From: an uncultured Ferruginibacter sp.
GTDB lineage: Bacteria > Bacteroidota > Bacteroidia > Chitinophagales > Chitinophagaceae
Reading direction: 5' to 3'
NCBI GenBank assembly: GCA_964490345.1
Contig: CAZBBO010000015.1
Location: 1,971 to 65,970, forward strand
Length of the DNA: 64,000 bases
The stretch's first letter is position 1. Each line of letters begins with the position of its first letter. Positions 8,973-19,137 of the stretch are shown here, piece after piece. A program made the position numbers and the translations under genes. The notes below the pieces were generated by a model that was not told where the DNA came from, ran no database searches, and saw only the letters and a program-made list of their open reading frames with translations.

Positions 8973-10187
8973 ATGGCAGCTCCGAGAAACATTTTAGCTC
9001 ATTCTATCCAATATCACACACTTGAAGAAACATTGGATATTAAACCTAGAGGGAAGGAGTTGCAAATTGGAATTCCCAAAGAAAAATCATTTAATGAAAA
9101 TCGAATTGCTTTAACTCCTGAAGCTGTGGGGGTTTTAGTAGCCAGTGGCCATTCGGTTACCATGGAAAGCCAGGCTGGTTTGGGAGCGAATTATAGCGAT
9201 AAAGATTTTAGTGAGGCAGGAGCAAGAATTGTTTTCGCGCCTGAAAAGGTTTTTGATTGTGATATAATTGTTAAGAGCGGTCCGGTGAGCGAAGAAGATT
9301 GTGAATTATTAAAACATGGGCAGTATATTATTTCCCCTATCAACGTGGCAGTAATGAAAAGAGAGGTGTTAGAAGGGATGATGGAAAAAAGAATTACTGC
9401 TTTGAGTTTTGAAAATTTAAAAGATGATAGCGGCCATAATCCCATTGTGCGTAGTATGAGTGAGATTGCCGGTAGCGCAGTGATGTTAATAGCCAGTCAA
9501 TATTTAAGCAGCGCTAATAATGGTAAGGGTGTTTTGGTGGGTGGTATCAGTGGAATTCCGCCAACGAAGGTGGTAATTATTGGGGCTGGAATTGTAGGAG
9601 AGTATGCTGCCCGATCGGCTTTAGCTATGGGAGCAAGTATCAAAATTTTTGATAATAGTATTTATCGCTTAAAGCGGTTGCAAAATAATATCGGGCAGCG
9701 TTTATGGACCTCCGTTATTGAGCCGCGTATATTAGCAAAGCAATTAAAAACTTGTGATGTTGCAGTAGGTGCGTTAAGCCCGGGTGGAGGAAGAACACCA
9801 ATGGTGGTTACCGAAGAAATGGTTTCGGATATGCGTCCCGGTAGTGTTATTGTTGATGTAAGTATTGATCAGGGGGGGTGTTTTGAAACCAGTATGGTAA
9901 CTTCTCATAAAACACCTGTTTTTAGAAAGTATGATGTGATACATTACTGCGTTCCTAATATTCCAAGCGGATTTGCACGTACAGCATCTCAGGCCATTAG
10001 TAATGTGCTGATGCCATTATTACTTGAAACAGCAGAAGATGGAGGAATTGAAAATACGTTATGGTATAAGATAAATATTCGTAGTGGTATTTATTTATTT
10101 AAAGGAAGCCTAACTAATTTCTATTTAAGTGAAAGGTTTGATTTGAAATATACTGACCTGAATTTACTTATTGCCAGCAGGCGCTGA
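8973..10187 (+). CDS. ald: Alanine dehydrogenase family protein
   Basis: 404 aa. NAD-binding VVIIGAGIVGEYAA and VIVDVSIDQGGCFETS blocks typical of AlaDH/PNT family. Confidence 0.75.
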   Translation: MAAPRNILAHSIQYHTLEETLDIKPRGKELQIGIPKEKSFNENRIALTPEAVGVLVASGHSVTMESQAGLGANYSDKDFSEAGARIVFAPEKVFDCDIIVKSGPVSEEDCELLKHGQYIISPINVAVMKREVLEGMMEKRITALSFENLKDDSGHNPIVRSMSEIAGSAVMLIASQYLSSANNGKGVLVGGISGIPPTKVVIIGAGIVGEYAARSALAMGASIKIFDNSIYRLKRLQNNIGQRLWTSVIEPRILAKQLKTCDVAVGALSPGGGRTPMVVTEEMVSDMRPGSVIVDVSIDQGGCFETSMVTSHKTPVFRKYDVIHYCVPNIPSGFARTASQAISNVLMPLLLETAEDGGIENTLWYKINIRSGIYLFKGSLTNFYLSERFDLKYTDLNLLIASRR

Positions 10188-10198
10188 TAGTTTTCTCG

Positions 10199-10813
10199 CT
10201 ATTTTTTAAAATCCAGAATGGAAATTATCTCATCACAAAAAAGATATTCATTTTTATCATTACTGCTGATAATTAAAAGCCTGTCATTTGCATATTGATT
10301 AATGAGTTGATGATATAAAGCGACACCTTCACTATCGAGATTCGTTAACGGCTCATCTAATAATAATACCGGGGTATTGCAAAAAAATGCCTGTGCTAAT
10401 TTTAATCTTTGTTTCATTCCACTACTAAAGAAGCGGATTTGTTTATTCATTGCATGAGATAAATTAATTTCATTTAATATCTCATCTATTTCTTTTATTC
10501 TTTGCTTAAAAGAAAAGTGAAACTTAAAAAATTCTATTGCTGTCATTTCCTCAATGAGTTCAAGGTAGGGTGCTGATATTGAGATGAAGGGGTAGGGGTT
10601 CTCAATATTTTCTCCGGTGTCCTCATGGGTATAAGTTATGGTTCCCCGGCTGTGGTGCATAGCACTCGCTAATACCTGAAGCAATGTTGATTTGCCCGAC
10701 CCGTTAGGGCCTGTAATAGCATAAGAATGATGGGGTGAAAACTCAAATGAAAAATCTTTGAAGACCCATTCACGATTGTAACGTTTGCCTACATTTTGCA
10801 AACTAATCTTCAT
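10199..10813 (-). CDS. ABC transporter ATP-binding protein (stand-alone, 204 aa)
   Basis: Walker A GPNGSGKSTLL, signature FSSGMKQR and Walker B LLLDEP. Its start overlaps the lpxA stop by 11 nt. Confidence 0.8.
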   Translation of the reverse strand: MKISLQNVGKRYNREWVFKDFSFEFSPHHSYAITGPNGSGKSTLLQVLASAMHHSRGTITYTHEDTGENIENPYPFISISAPYLELIEEMTAIEFFKFHFSFKQRIKEIDEILNEINLSHAMNKQIRFFSSGMKQRLKLAQAFFCNTPVLLLDEPLTNLDSEGVALYHQLINQYANDRLLIISSNDKNEYLFCDEIISILDFKK

Positions 10814-11600
10814 CTTTGAAATCTTTGCTGTGAACCTTGATAATACCTTTTTTACTATCCTGGATGAATTGCAAAATGGCTTTTTTTTCGGGAGTGTCTT
10901 TAAAGTTCTCAGAAATATATTCTAATGCCTGTGTAATGTTCAAACCTTTATTATAAATGTGTCTGTATATCTCCAGGATTTCGTTAATGGTGTCAGAAGT
11001 GTAGCCACGCCGTTGAAGGCCAACAGAGTTAACGCCGGCATAACTTAAAGGAGAGCGAGCCGCCTTAATAAAGGGGGGAACATCTTTTACAATGGATGAT
11101 TGTCCGCCAATATAAGTGTGCGCACCAATACGTGTAAACTGAGGAGCGGCAGCCATTCCGCCGATGATGGCATAATCTCCGATTTCTACATGTCCGGCAA
11201 GTTGAACACTATTAGCAATGATTACGTTATCACCCAAAATACAATCGTGGGCGATGTGTGCATAGGCCATTATCAAACAATTCTTTCCAACTGCTGTTTT
11301 CCATTTATCCTGAGTTCCTCGGTTTACGGTTACACATTCTCTTATGGTAGTGTTATCGCCAATTTCAACCGTTGTCTTTTCGCCCATAAATTTCAGGTCT
11401 TGCGGAATTCCACCAATAACAGCTCCGGGAAAAATGGTACAAGCCAAGCCAATATGGGAGCCTTCCATAATTACCGCATTAGACATAATGTGGCTGCCAT
11501 CGCCAATAATGACTTCGCCATGGATTACTGCAAAAGGGTCTATGCGAACATTTTTTCCGATTTTGGCAGCAGAATCTATGTGGGCAAGAGGACTGATCAT
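10803..11600 (-). CDS. lpxA: Acyl-ACP--UDP-N-acetylglucosamine O-acyltransferase
   Basis: 265 aa, hexapeptide-repeat left-handed beta-helix N-terminal part plus helical C-terminal domain. Positioned after lpxC/fabZ in the lipid A operon. Confidence 0.9.
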   Translation of the reverse strand: MISPLAHIDSAAKIGKNVRIDPFAVIHGEVIIGDGSHIMSNAVIMEGSHIGLACTIFPGAVIGGIPQDLKFMGEKTTVEIGDNTTIRECVTVNRGTQDKWKTAVGKNCLIMAYAHIAHDCILGDNVIIANSVQLAGHVEIGDYAIIGGMAAAPQFTRIGAHTYIGGQSSIVKDVPPFIKAARSPLSYAGVNSVGLQRRGYTSDTINEILEIYRHIYNKGLNITQALEYISENFKDTPEKKAILQFIQDSKKGIIKVHSKDFKDED

Positions 11601-13024
11601 TGTTGATGCTTTGGTTTTTTTACAATTTGGGCTACCAATATTGCTTCGGCTGCCAGTTTATCTCCAATATAAATAGTTCCTTTCATTTCACAAATACCTC
11701 TTCGAATAGGATGTAGTAATTCCATTTTTAAAATTAGGGTATCTCCAGGAACTACTTTTTGCTTGAATTTACATCCTTCAATTTTTAAAAAATAAGTATC
11801 ATACTGGTCTTCAGAATTACGTGGTATAGCCAGTAATCCTCCTGCTTGTGCAAGGGCTTCAATTTGTAGAACGCCGGGCATTACAGCATTTCCAGGGAAA
11901 TGCCCGGTAAAAAAAGGTTCATTATAGGTTACGTTCTTAATGGCTATTACATGCTTATCTGTTAATTCCATTACCTTATCAACCAATAAAAAGGGATACC
12001 GATGAGGAAGCGTACGCTCAATATCATGTACATCTAATACAGGGACCTGGTTTGGATCGTACACAGGAACATTCATTGTGGCTTTAACCTTTTTGATATG
12101 CTCTTTTATTTTTCTTGCAAACTTTACATTTGATGAATGTCCGGGGCGATTGGCTATAATATGCCCTTTAAAAGGGAAACCTACTAAACCAAGATCGCCA
12201 ACAACATCTAATAATTTATGTCGTGCCGGTTCATTAGGATATCTTAATTCCAAATTATTTAAAATGCCGGCTTCACTAACATGAACATCTGTTTTATGAA
12301 ATATTTTTGAAATTCTTTCTACCTGATCTTTTGTAACCGGTTTATCAACTACTACGATGGCATTATTGATATCTCCACCTTTAATGAGATTATGTTCTAT
12401 TAATTGTTCCAATTCATGAAAAAAGCAAAACGTGCGGCTAGACGCAACCTTTTGAGGAAAATCGGTTACCTTTTTTAAGTCGGCATGCTGTGTGCCTAAT
12501 ATAGGAGAGTTGAAATCAATAAGTGTGTTAATCCGGTATCCATCGAAGGGCATGGCTACCATTTCAACTTTTTTGTCTTCATCAATAAAAACAATGTTTT
12601 CAGAAATGGGATAGTAAATCTTTTCATTATCCTGTTTTTCAATTCCTGCTTTATTGATAGCATCAACAAAGGGTTGTGCACTACCATCTAAAATAGGCAC
12701 TTCTTCTCCGTTAATTTCAATTATTACATTGTCAACTCCTGTACCAACCAATGCTGCCATAAGGTGTTCGATGGTACTAATGCGTGCTCCATTGAGGCCA
12801 ATTGTAGTACTTCGTGTGGTATCAATTACATTATCTACATCTGCCTTAATGCGTGTTTTCTCTTTCAAGTCAATACGCTGAAAAACTATACCATGATTTG
12901 CCGGTGCGGGTTTTAAAACCATTTTTACCGATTGTCCGGTATGGATACCGGCTCCCGAAATAGTAATTTCATTTTTAAGTGTGTGCTGAAATGAGATAGG
13001 GTTTCCCTGCTTTCGGTCTGTCAT
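11597..13024 (-). CDS. lpxC/fabZ: Bifunctional UDP-3-O-acyl-GlcNAc deacetylase / 3-hydroxyacyl-ACP dehydratase
   Basis: 475 aa. The N-terminal half has LpxC blocks (TIEHLMAAL, HELEQL, HKLLDVVGDL) and the C-terminal half is FabZ hot-dog (LPHRYPFLLVD, FFTGHFPG..VMPGVL). The fusion is characteristic of Bacteroidota. Confidence 0.92.
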   Translation of the reverse strand: MTDRKQGNPISFQHTLKNEITISGAGIHTGQSVKMVLKPAPANHGIVFQRIDLKEKTRIKADVDNVIDTTRSTTIGLNGARISTIEHLMAALVGTGVDNVIIEINGEEVPILDGSAQPFVDAINKAGIEKQDNEKIYYPISENIVFIDEDKKVEMVAMPFDGYRINTLIDFNSPILGTQHADLKKVTDFPQKVASSRTFCFFHELEQLIEHNLIKGGDINNAIVVVDKPVTKDQVERISKIFHKTDVHVSEAGILNNLELRYPNEPARHKLLDVVGDLGLVGFPFKGHIIANRPGHSSNVKFARKIKEHIKKVKATMNVPVYDPNQVPVLDVHDIERTLPHRYPFLLVDKVMELTDKHVIAIKNVTYNEPFFTGHFPGNAVMPGVLQIEALAQAGGLLAIPRNSEDQYDTYFLKIEGCKFKQKVVPGDTLILKMELLHPIRRGICEMKGTIYIGDKLAAEAILVAQIVKKPKHQQ

Positions 13025-13071
13025 AAAACAAAAATAGGAAAAGTATTGTATTACAAGATTTAAGCGGTAGC

Positions 13072-14118
13072 CTAGTCGGCATTTAAACGGAGAGATTTAA
13101 TAATTTGCTCCAATTCTGAAAGGCGTTTCTCCATTTCGGGAAGATTTCGGTTTACTGCCTGACTTCTTAATGCGCTTGCATATTCAAAGGCGGGTGAACC
13201 GGTTACCGCTGTATTGGGTAGCCTGATGGATTTGCTAACTCCACTTTGTGCATTTATTTTACTCCCGTCAGCAATTTGGATATGGCCTACAATGCCTGCC
13301 TGGCCGCCAATCATAACATTATTTCCAATTTTTGTGCTTCCGCTTACGCCTGCCTGAGCAGCGATTACTGTATTGCTTCCAATTTCAACATTGTGGGCAA
13401 TTTGTACCAAATTATCAATTTTTGCGCCTGATTTTATGAGCGTAGAACCCATAGTGGCACGGTCAATAGTGGCATTTGCTCCAATTTCTACATTGTCTTC
13501 AATTACCACATTGCCAATTTGTGGAACTTTAATAAAAGTACCGTTTGTTTGAGGTGCGAAACCGAATCCATCACTACCTATTACAACACCGGCATGGATT
13601 TTTACATCCCTACCCACCTTGCAGTTATTATAAATCTTTACCCCTGGAAGTATTATGCTATTATTTCCAATTCCTACGTTAGGGCCTATATAACAGTTAG
13701 GAAATATTTTTACGTTATTTCCTATGGTTGTGTTTTGGTCTATATAAGTAAAGGCGCCAATATACACCTGGTCGCCCATTTTTACTGATTCATGAACAAA
13801 AGAGGGTTGTTCAATACCCAATAATTGTTGGGTTTGAAGCTTTTCATATTGGTCTAATAAAGTAGCAAACGCGCTGTAAGGGTCTTTTACTCTTATTAGG
13901 GTGGCTTTAACTTGGTGTTTTAATTCAAGAGAATCATTAAGAAGCACAATGGATGCATTGGTAGAGTAGAGATAATCTTCGTATTTAGGATTGGCCAAAA
14001 ACGCCAATTGCCCATTAACGGCCTCTTCAATTTTCCCAAATGAAGACACAGAAATAGCGGCATCTCCTTCAATTTTGCCTTGTATTAGGGCTGCTATTTG
14101 ACCTGCTGTAAACTCCAT
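13072..14118 (-). CDS. lpxD: UDP-3-O-(3-hydroxyacyl)glucosamine N-acyltransferase
   Basis: 348 aa. N-terminal LpxD domain (FTAGQIAALIQGKIEGD), then long hexapeptide repeat region and a C-terminal helix. Confidence 0.9.
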   Translation of the reverse strand: MEFTAGQIAALIQGKIEGDAAISVSSFGKIEEAVNGQLAFLANPKYEDYLYSTNASIVLLNDSLELKHQVKATLIRVKDPYSAFATLLDQYEKLQTQQLLGIEQPSFVHESVKMGDQVYIGAFTYIDQNTTIGNNVKIFPNCYIGPNVGIGNNSIILPGVKIYNNCKVGRDVKIHAGVVIGSDGFGFAPQTNGTFIKVPQIGNVVIEDNVEIGANATIDRATMGSTLIKSGAKIDNLVQIAHNVEIGSNTVIAAQAGVSGSTKIGNNVMIGGQAGIVGHIQIADGSKINAQSGVSKSIRLPNTAVTGSPAFEYASALRSQAVNRNLPEMEKRLSELEQIIKSLRLNAD

Positions 14119-14146
14119 AAATATGAAAACTTCTGCTAAATTTCAA

Positions 14147-15322
14147 TCAATTTAGCAAACAAATGTAATATTTTTTAATCTTGCCACTAAGGTTTTCATT
14201 AATCAGGGCATTGTCCACCGCCGATATGTCTTTTACTGTTCCATCTTTAAAGAGGATGTTAATCTGTTCTTCTTCAAAATCATAAGTTCGGCTGGTGGCC
14301 TCTCCTGTAAAAACGAGCCAGGAAACTTCCTCATCACTCAAACCAAATTGTGATTGTATAATAGATTTTCTTTCAGCTACAAACGCTGCATTTACAGGCT
14401 CAGCAAAGTATCTAACTTTTAATAATTTACGATTTATTAGTCCTTCGCAAAGGATACTCAACGGTTTATCCTTATGATAGCGCCACTTTTTTATTGCCAT
14501 AAGCACATCGGTATCGTCCATATTACAAAATTTCTCCAAGCTTCTTTCACTGTTATGGATAAAACTAAAAAGCGGCTCATCACAATCTGCGCCTAAAAAC
14601 CTGGCTCTTTTTACTATGCGTTGAAGCATTTGTTCTGCACTCACTACTGTTTTGTGTAAATATACCTGCCAGTACATCAGCCTTCGAGCTACAATAAACT
14701 TTTCAATAGAATAAATTCCCTTCTCCTCTATCATTAATTCGCCGTTATGCACTGTAAGCATTTTTAAAATTCGATCATAACCTATCACCCCTTCACTAAC
14801 TCCGGTGAAAAAACTATCACGGGTTAAATAATCCATTCGGTCAACATCTAATTGTCCACTTACTAATTGATGAAGGAATTTTTTGTGATATTTATTTTGA
14901 AAGATATCAATAGCCGTTTGAAGTTGGTTATTGAATTGAATATTTAACTCTTTCATTAAAGCAAGAGAAATATCTTCATGATTCATTCCTTCAGCCATAA
15001 CGTGCTCCAATGCATGTGAAAAGGGTCCATGGCCAATATCATGAAGTAGGATAGCAATCTTTGCACCCAGTTGTTCTTCAGGTGTAATGTCAATTCCCTT
15101 TTCTGTTAATTCATGTAAAGCACATCGCATAAGATGGTAGGCGCCCAATGAATGATGTAAACGAGTATGCACGGCTCCGGGATAAACAAGATGTGCCATA
15201 GCCATTTGATGAATTCTCCGTAAACGTTGATAGAACGGATGCGAAATAATATCGTTGATAAGAGAATGGTCTATGGTAATAAATCCGTAAACAGGGTCGT
15301 TGATGATTTTATGAAAGCCCAT
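14147..15322 (-). CDS. HD-domain phosphohydrolase (dNTPase/SAMHD1-like family)
   Basis: 391 aa. RLHHSLG..., LLHDIGHGPFSH and DVDRMDYLTRD motifs. Confidence 0.8.
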   Translation of the reverse strand: MGFHKIINDPVYGFITIDHSLINDIISHPFYQRLRRIHQMAMAHLVYPGAVHTRLHHSLGAYHLMRCALHELTEKGIDITPEEQLGAKIAILLHDIGHGPFSHALEHVMAEGMNHEDISLALMKELNIQFNNQLQTAIDIFQNKYHKKFLHQLVSGQLDVDRMDYLTRDSFFTGVSEGVIGYDRILKMLTVHNGELMIEEKGIYSIEKFIVARRLMYWQVYLHKTVVSAEQMLQRIVKRARFLGADCDEPLFSFIHNSERSLEKFCNMDDTDVLMAIKKWRYHKDKPLSILCEGLINRKLLKVRYFAEPVNAAFVAERKSIIQSQFGLSDEEVSWLVFTGEATSRTYDFEEEQINILFKDGTVKDISAVDNALINENLSGKIKKYYICLLN

Positions 15323-15461
15323 AATTGCCTTTTATGTTAAAGGTTTTACAAAAGGAGCAAAGCTATGTTACGTAATGAGAAAAAATTGAATTTGCTTGGC
15401 ATCCATCACGTAAATTTACCTGAAAGGCATTAATCTTAGTAATTGAAAAAGTTTATACGCT

Positions 15462-17018
15462 ATGAATGTACCTAAAATTCTATGGGTGGATGATGAAATA
15501 GACAGCCTCACCTCACAGATTATGTTTCTTGAAAACAAAGGATATGCTGTAGAGACCCGTACCAACGGGTATGATGCGGTAGAATTTGTAAAGGATAATT
15601 TTGTAGATGTAGTATTGCTTGACGAATCCATGCCGGGTATTACAGGGCTGCAAACACTTCAGGAAATAAAAGGAGTTCGTGGTAACGTTCCTGTAGTATT
15701 GATTACCAAAAACGAAGCCGAGAATATTATGAATGAAGCTATTGGCAGCCAGATTAGTGATTACCTGATAAAACCGGTAAATCCCAATCAGGTTTGGCTG
15801 AGTTTGAAAAAGTTGATTGACAACAAAAGACTTGTTGCTGAAAAAACCACCCAGGCGTATCAACAGGAATTTCAATCACTCTTTTCAGCGGTAAATAGTA
15901 ATCCAGATTACAATGGTTGGATGGATATTTACAAGAAGTTGGTGTATTGGGAATTGGAAATGGAAAAGAGCGATAGTCCTGAAATGCAAGATGTATTGGA
16001 AACTCAAAAGCAGGAAGCCAACACTGAGTTTTTTAAGTATGTATCCAAAAACTATGCATCCTGGGTTTCACCAAAGAGTACAGATGGCCCGATAATGAGT
16101 AATGTGTTGATGAAATATAAAGTCTTACCCCATCTTGAGAAAGGAACACCGTTGTTTTTTGTCTTGATTGATAACCTTCGTTTGGATCAATGGAAAGCAA
16201 TCCAGCCCATTTTTGCATCGGGTTTTCGTATTCATGAAGAAGATACTTTTTATTCCATTTTACCCACAGCTACACAATATGCACGAAATTCAATTTTTGC
16301 GGGACTAATGCCAATTGAAATTGAAAAACAATTTCCTGAAGAATGGAAAAATGATGATGAAGATGGAGGTAAGAATTTATTTGAGGAAGTCTTTTTACGT
16401 GAACAATTAAAACATGCGGGAAAGCAGGAGATTAAGTTTTCGTTTACAAAGATAACTAATAATAATGATGGACAGAAGTTGGTAGATAACATGCATAATC
16501 TTTTACAAAATGATTTAAATGTTATTGTGTATAATTTTGTTGATATGCTTAGCCATGCCCGAACCGAAATGGAAGTTCTAAAAGAATTGGCAGGCGATGA
16601 AATAAGTTACCGAAGTATTACACAGAGTTGGTTTGAACACAGTCCTTTGCATCAGGCGTTGAAAAAGATTGCTGATAAAAAAATTACATTGATTGTAGCA
16701 ACAGATCATGGTAGTACAAGGGTAAAAGTTCCTTCTAAGGTTATTGGGGATAAACAAACAACTGCTAATTTGCGTTATAAGCATGGGCGTAATCTTAACT
16801 ATGATGCAAAGGACGTACTGGCATTTCGTGACCCGAGAGATGCAGGATTACCTGTGCCAACAGTAAACTCAAGCTTTATTTTTGCCAAAAATGATTTGTA
16901 TTTGTGTTATCCTAATAATTACAATCACTATGTAAATTATTACCGCAATACCTTTCAGCATGGTGGAATTAGTTTGGAAGAAATGATTATTCCTATTATC
17001 CGGATGTCAAATAAGTAA
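15462..17018 (+). CDS. porX: PorX-type response regulator (CheY receiver + PglZ/alkaline-phosphatase-like domain)
   Basis: 518 aa. Receiver ILWVDDE...VVLLDESMPGITG...LIKP, followed by a PglZ-like C-terminal domain (FVDMLSHAR, ATDHGS, QHGGISLEEM). Confidence 0.8.
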   Translation: MNVPKILWVDDEIDSLTSQIMFLENKGYAVETRTNGYDAVEFVKDNFVDVVLLDESMPGITGLQTLQEIKGVRGNVPVVLITKNEAENIMNEAIGSQISDYLIKPVNPNQVWLSLKKLIDNKRLVAEKTTQAYQQEFQSLFSAVNSNPDYNGWMDIYKKLVYWELEMEKSDSPEMQDVLETQKQEANTEFFKYVSKNYASWVSPKSTDGPIMSNVLMKYKVLPHLEKGTPLFFVLIDNLRLDQWKAIQPIFASGFRIHEEDTFYSILPTATQYARNSIFAGLMPIEIEKQFPEEWKNDDEDGGKNLFEEVFLREQLKHAGKQEIKFSFTKITNNNDGQKLVDNMHNLLQNDLNVIVYNFVDMLSHARTEMEVLKELAGDEISYRSITQSWFEHSPLHQALKKIADKKITLIVATDHGSTRVKVPSKVIGDKQTTANLRYKHGRNLNYDAKDVLAFRDPRDAGLPVPTVNSSFIFAKNDLYLCYPNNYNHYVNYYRNTFQHGGISLEEMIIPIIRMSNK

Positions 17019-17099
17019 AGTGTACACAGGGTGTGGAGAATGTTTTTTCGGAATATGTAGAAATTAAAATAAAGTTGCAGTAATAAAGGAGTAATAATT

Positions 17100-17399
17100 A
17101 TGAAAATTACACAGTCGGTATTAGATAAGATTGAAAAGATAATTGAAGAATCCGGCTATATTATCAGATATGAACGTGGTAATTTCCAAAGTGGTTTTTG
17201 TATTCTTCGTGAAAAGAAAGTGGTTGTTTTAAATAAATTTTTTCAACTTGAAGGTCGTATTAATACCTTGATAGATTTACTGCCTCAGCTTGATATTGAA
17301 TTTGATTCACTTACCCACGAGAGTCAAAAATTGTATGAAGAGTTACAACGTCAGGATGAAGAGGTAAATAAACAAACGGATGAACTGTCCCCCGCTTAA
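17100..17399 (+). CDS. Hypothetical protein, 99 aa
   Basis: ORF with coding-like composition directly after porX. It overlaps the next gene by 20 nt. No motif recognised. Confidence 0.5.
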   Translation: MKITQSVLDKIEKIIEESGYIIRYERGNFQSGFCILREKKVVVLNKFFQLEGRINTLIDLLPQLDIEFDSLTHESQKLYEELQRQDEEVNKQTDELSPA

Positions 17400-18162
17400 A
17401 GTTACTTTTTTAGGCACCGGTACCAGCAGCGGAGTTCCTATGATTGCGTGTGATTGTGAGGTGTGTAAATCTGAAGATGCAAAAGATAAGCGCTTTCGGA
17501 GTAGTGTCTTAATAGAAAGTGAAACCACTACTCTGGTGGTTGATACCACCCCTGATTTTAGGTCTCAAATGCTGCGTGCAGGAGTTAAAAAACTGGATGG
17601 TGTATTAGTTACTCATCATCATAAAGATCATATTGCCGGATTAGATGACGTAAAGGCTTTTTGCTATTTTCAGCAACAAGAGATGAAGGTATTTGCTACT
17701 CCAATCACTCAGCAAGCATTGCATCGTGAGTTCTCTTATATTTTTGAAAAAAACAAATATCCCGGTGTGCCCGATGTAAATCTGATTACTATTTCAGACC
17801 AACCTTTTATGGTGGGGGATATTCCGGTTGTGCCTATTTTGGTTTGGCATTTACGCATGCCGGTATTAGGATTCCGGTTTGGTAGGTTTACCTATATTAC
17901 TGATGCCAATAGAATAGACCCTGATGAAATGGCTAAAGCGAAGGATTCAGAGGTGCTGGTGTTAAATGCGCTAAGACATCAAAAACATATTTCTCATTTT
18001 AACTTGGAAGAGGCTATTCACATGGCTGACTTACTGGGTGCTAAAACGGCTTATTTCACCCATATCAGTCATCAATTAGGGCAGCATCAAGCAGTGAGTA
18101 AAGAACTTCCGACGAATCGTTTTTTAGCTTATGATGGATTAACACTCTTTTTCCCCGCTTAG
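17380..18162 (+). CDS. MBL-fold metallo-hydrolase (PhnP-like)
   Basis: 260 aa. LGTGTSSGVP and HHHKDH (HxHxDH) motifs. Confidence 0.8.
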   Translation: MNCPPLKVTFLGTGTSSGVPMIACDCEVCKSEDAKDKRFRSSVLIESETTTLVVDTTPDFRSQMLRAGVKKLDGVLVTHHHKDHIAGLDDVKAFCYFQQQEMKVFATPITQQALHREFSYIFEKNKYPGVPDVNLITISDQPFMVGDIPVVPILVWHLRMPVLGFRFGRFTYITDANRIDPDEMAKAKDSEVLVLNALRHQKHISHFNLEEAIHMADLLGAKTAYFTHISHQLGQHQAVSKELPTNRFLAYDGLTLFFPA

Positions 18163-18201
18163 GGAATTGTTGCTCCCTTCTATGAAGTGTAATTTACACA
18201 G

Positions 18202-19095
18202 ATGGGAATGCGTCACGATAATCATTTTCTTCATTTTTCAAAAGGAGAGCGAATCGGTATTCTTGCCTTGTTGGTTTTAATAATCATAGCGCATCTTGCT
18301 CCATTATTTTTTAATCAGGATAACCCGCCTGAGCTTTCTATAAATGATCTTGCATGGCTTGAAGACACCACTTCGAATAGGCATGTACGTTATAATTTGA
18401 ATGAAAATAAGGAAACGAAGAAGGTTACACTATTTTTTTTCGATCCCAATACATTGGATGAAACAGGTTGGATTAATCTTGGGATAAAGCCATCCATCGT
18501 TCGAAATATTGAAAAATATCGTCAAAAGGGCGGACGATTTAAATCAAATACTGACTTAAAAAAAATTTACGGCTTAACCGAAGAAGAGGTAATCAGGCTC
18601 CTGCCCTTTATTCAAATTAAAGGAGAGTTAAATACGCAAAATGAAGTGCGGAGTGGTAAGGGACATTTTTTACAAAAGCGAATAAATATAAATACAGCAG
18701 ATAGTGCAGCATGGGAATCATTGCCGGGAATAGGCGCAAAATTGTCTGTTCGTATAATAAATTTTCGCACAAAATTGGGTGGGTTCTATTCAATTAATCA
18801 AGTTGGAGAAACGTATGGTTTGCCGGATAGTGCCTTTCAAAAAATTAAATCTCGGTTAACTATTGATTCGACCGATAAATTAAGGCTTATAAATTTAAAT
18901 ACGGCAGATATTAATGAACTGAAACAACATCCATATATACGATATGCAAATGCACAATTAATTGTGCGTTTTCGTAATCAACATGGACTTTATAAAAACA
19001 AAGAAGATTTGAAAAAAATAATTGGGCTGGAACCCGATCTTATTGAAAAAGCCGCTCCTTATTTTAAATTGATAGATGAAATAAGAGCGGAGTGA
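18202..19095 (+). CDS. ComEA-like helix-hairpin-helix DNA-binding protein with N-terminal TM segment
   Basis: 297 aa. TM helix GILALLVLIIIAHLAPLFF and repeated HhH units (INTADSAAWESLPGIGAKLSVRIINFR; LNTADINELKQHPYI). Confidence 0.7.
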   Translation: MGMRHDNHFLHFSKGERIGILALLVLIIIAHLAPLFFNQDNPPELSINDLAWLEDTTSNRHVRYNLNENKETKKVTLFFFDPNTLDETGWINLGIKPSIVRNIEKYRQKGGRFKSNTDLKKIYGLTEEEVIRLLPFIQIKGELNTQNEVRSGKGHFLQKRININTADSAAWESLPGIGAKLSVRIINFRTKLGGFYSINQVGETYGLPDSAFQKIKSRLTIDSTDKLRLINLNTADINELKQHPYIRYANAQLIVRFRNQHGLYKNKEDLKKIIGLEPDLIEKAAPYFKLIDEIRAE

Positions 19096-19137
19096 TCATT
19101 GCTGGGTTTTTTATTAACTTGCCCCAAAATTAAAAAA

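Noticed and set aside
11100-11676. 168-aa and 110-aa + strand ORFs antisense to lpxA. The same applies to 13246..13431 and 13519..13788, antisense to lpxD.
   Set aside because: Hexapeptide-repeat genes typically leave long open antisense frames. The products are low-complexity with no motifs, and the sense strand has unambiguous LpxA/LpxD homology.
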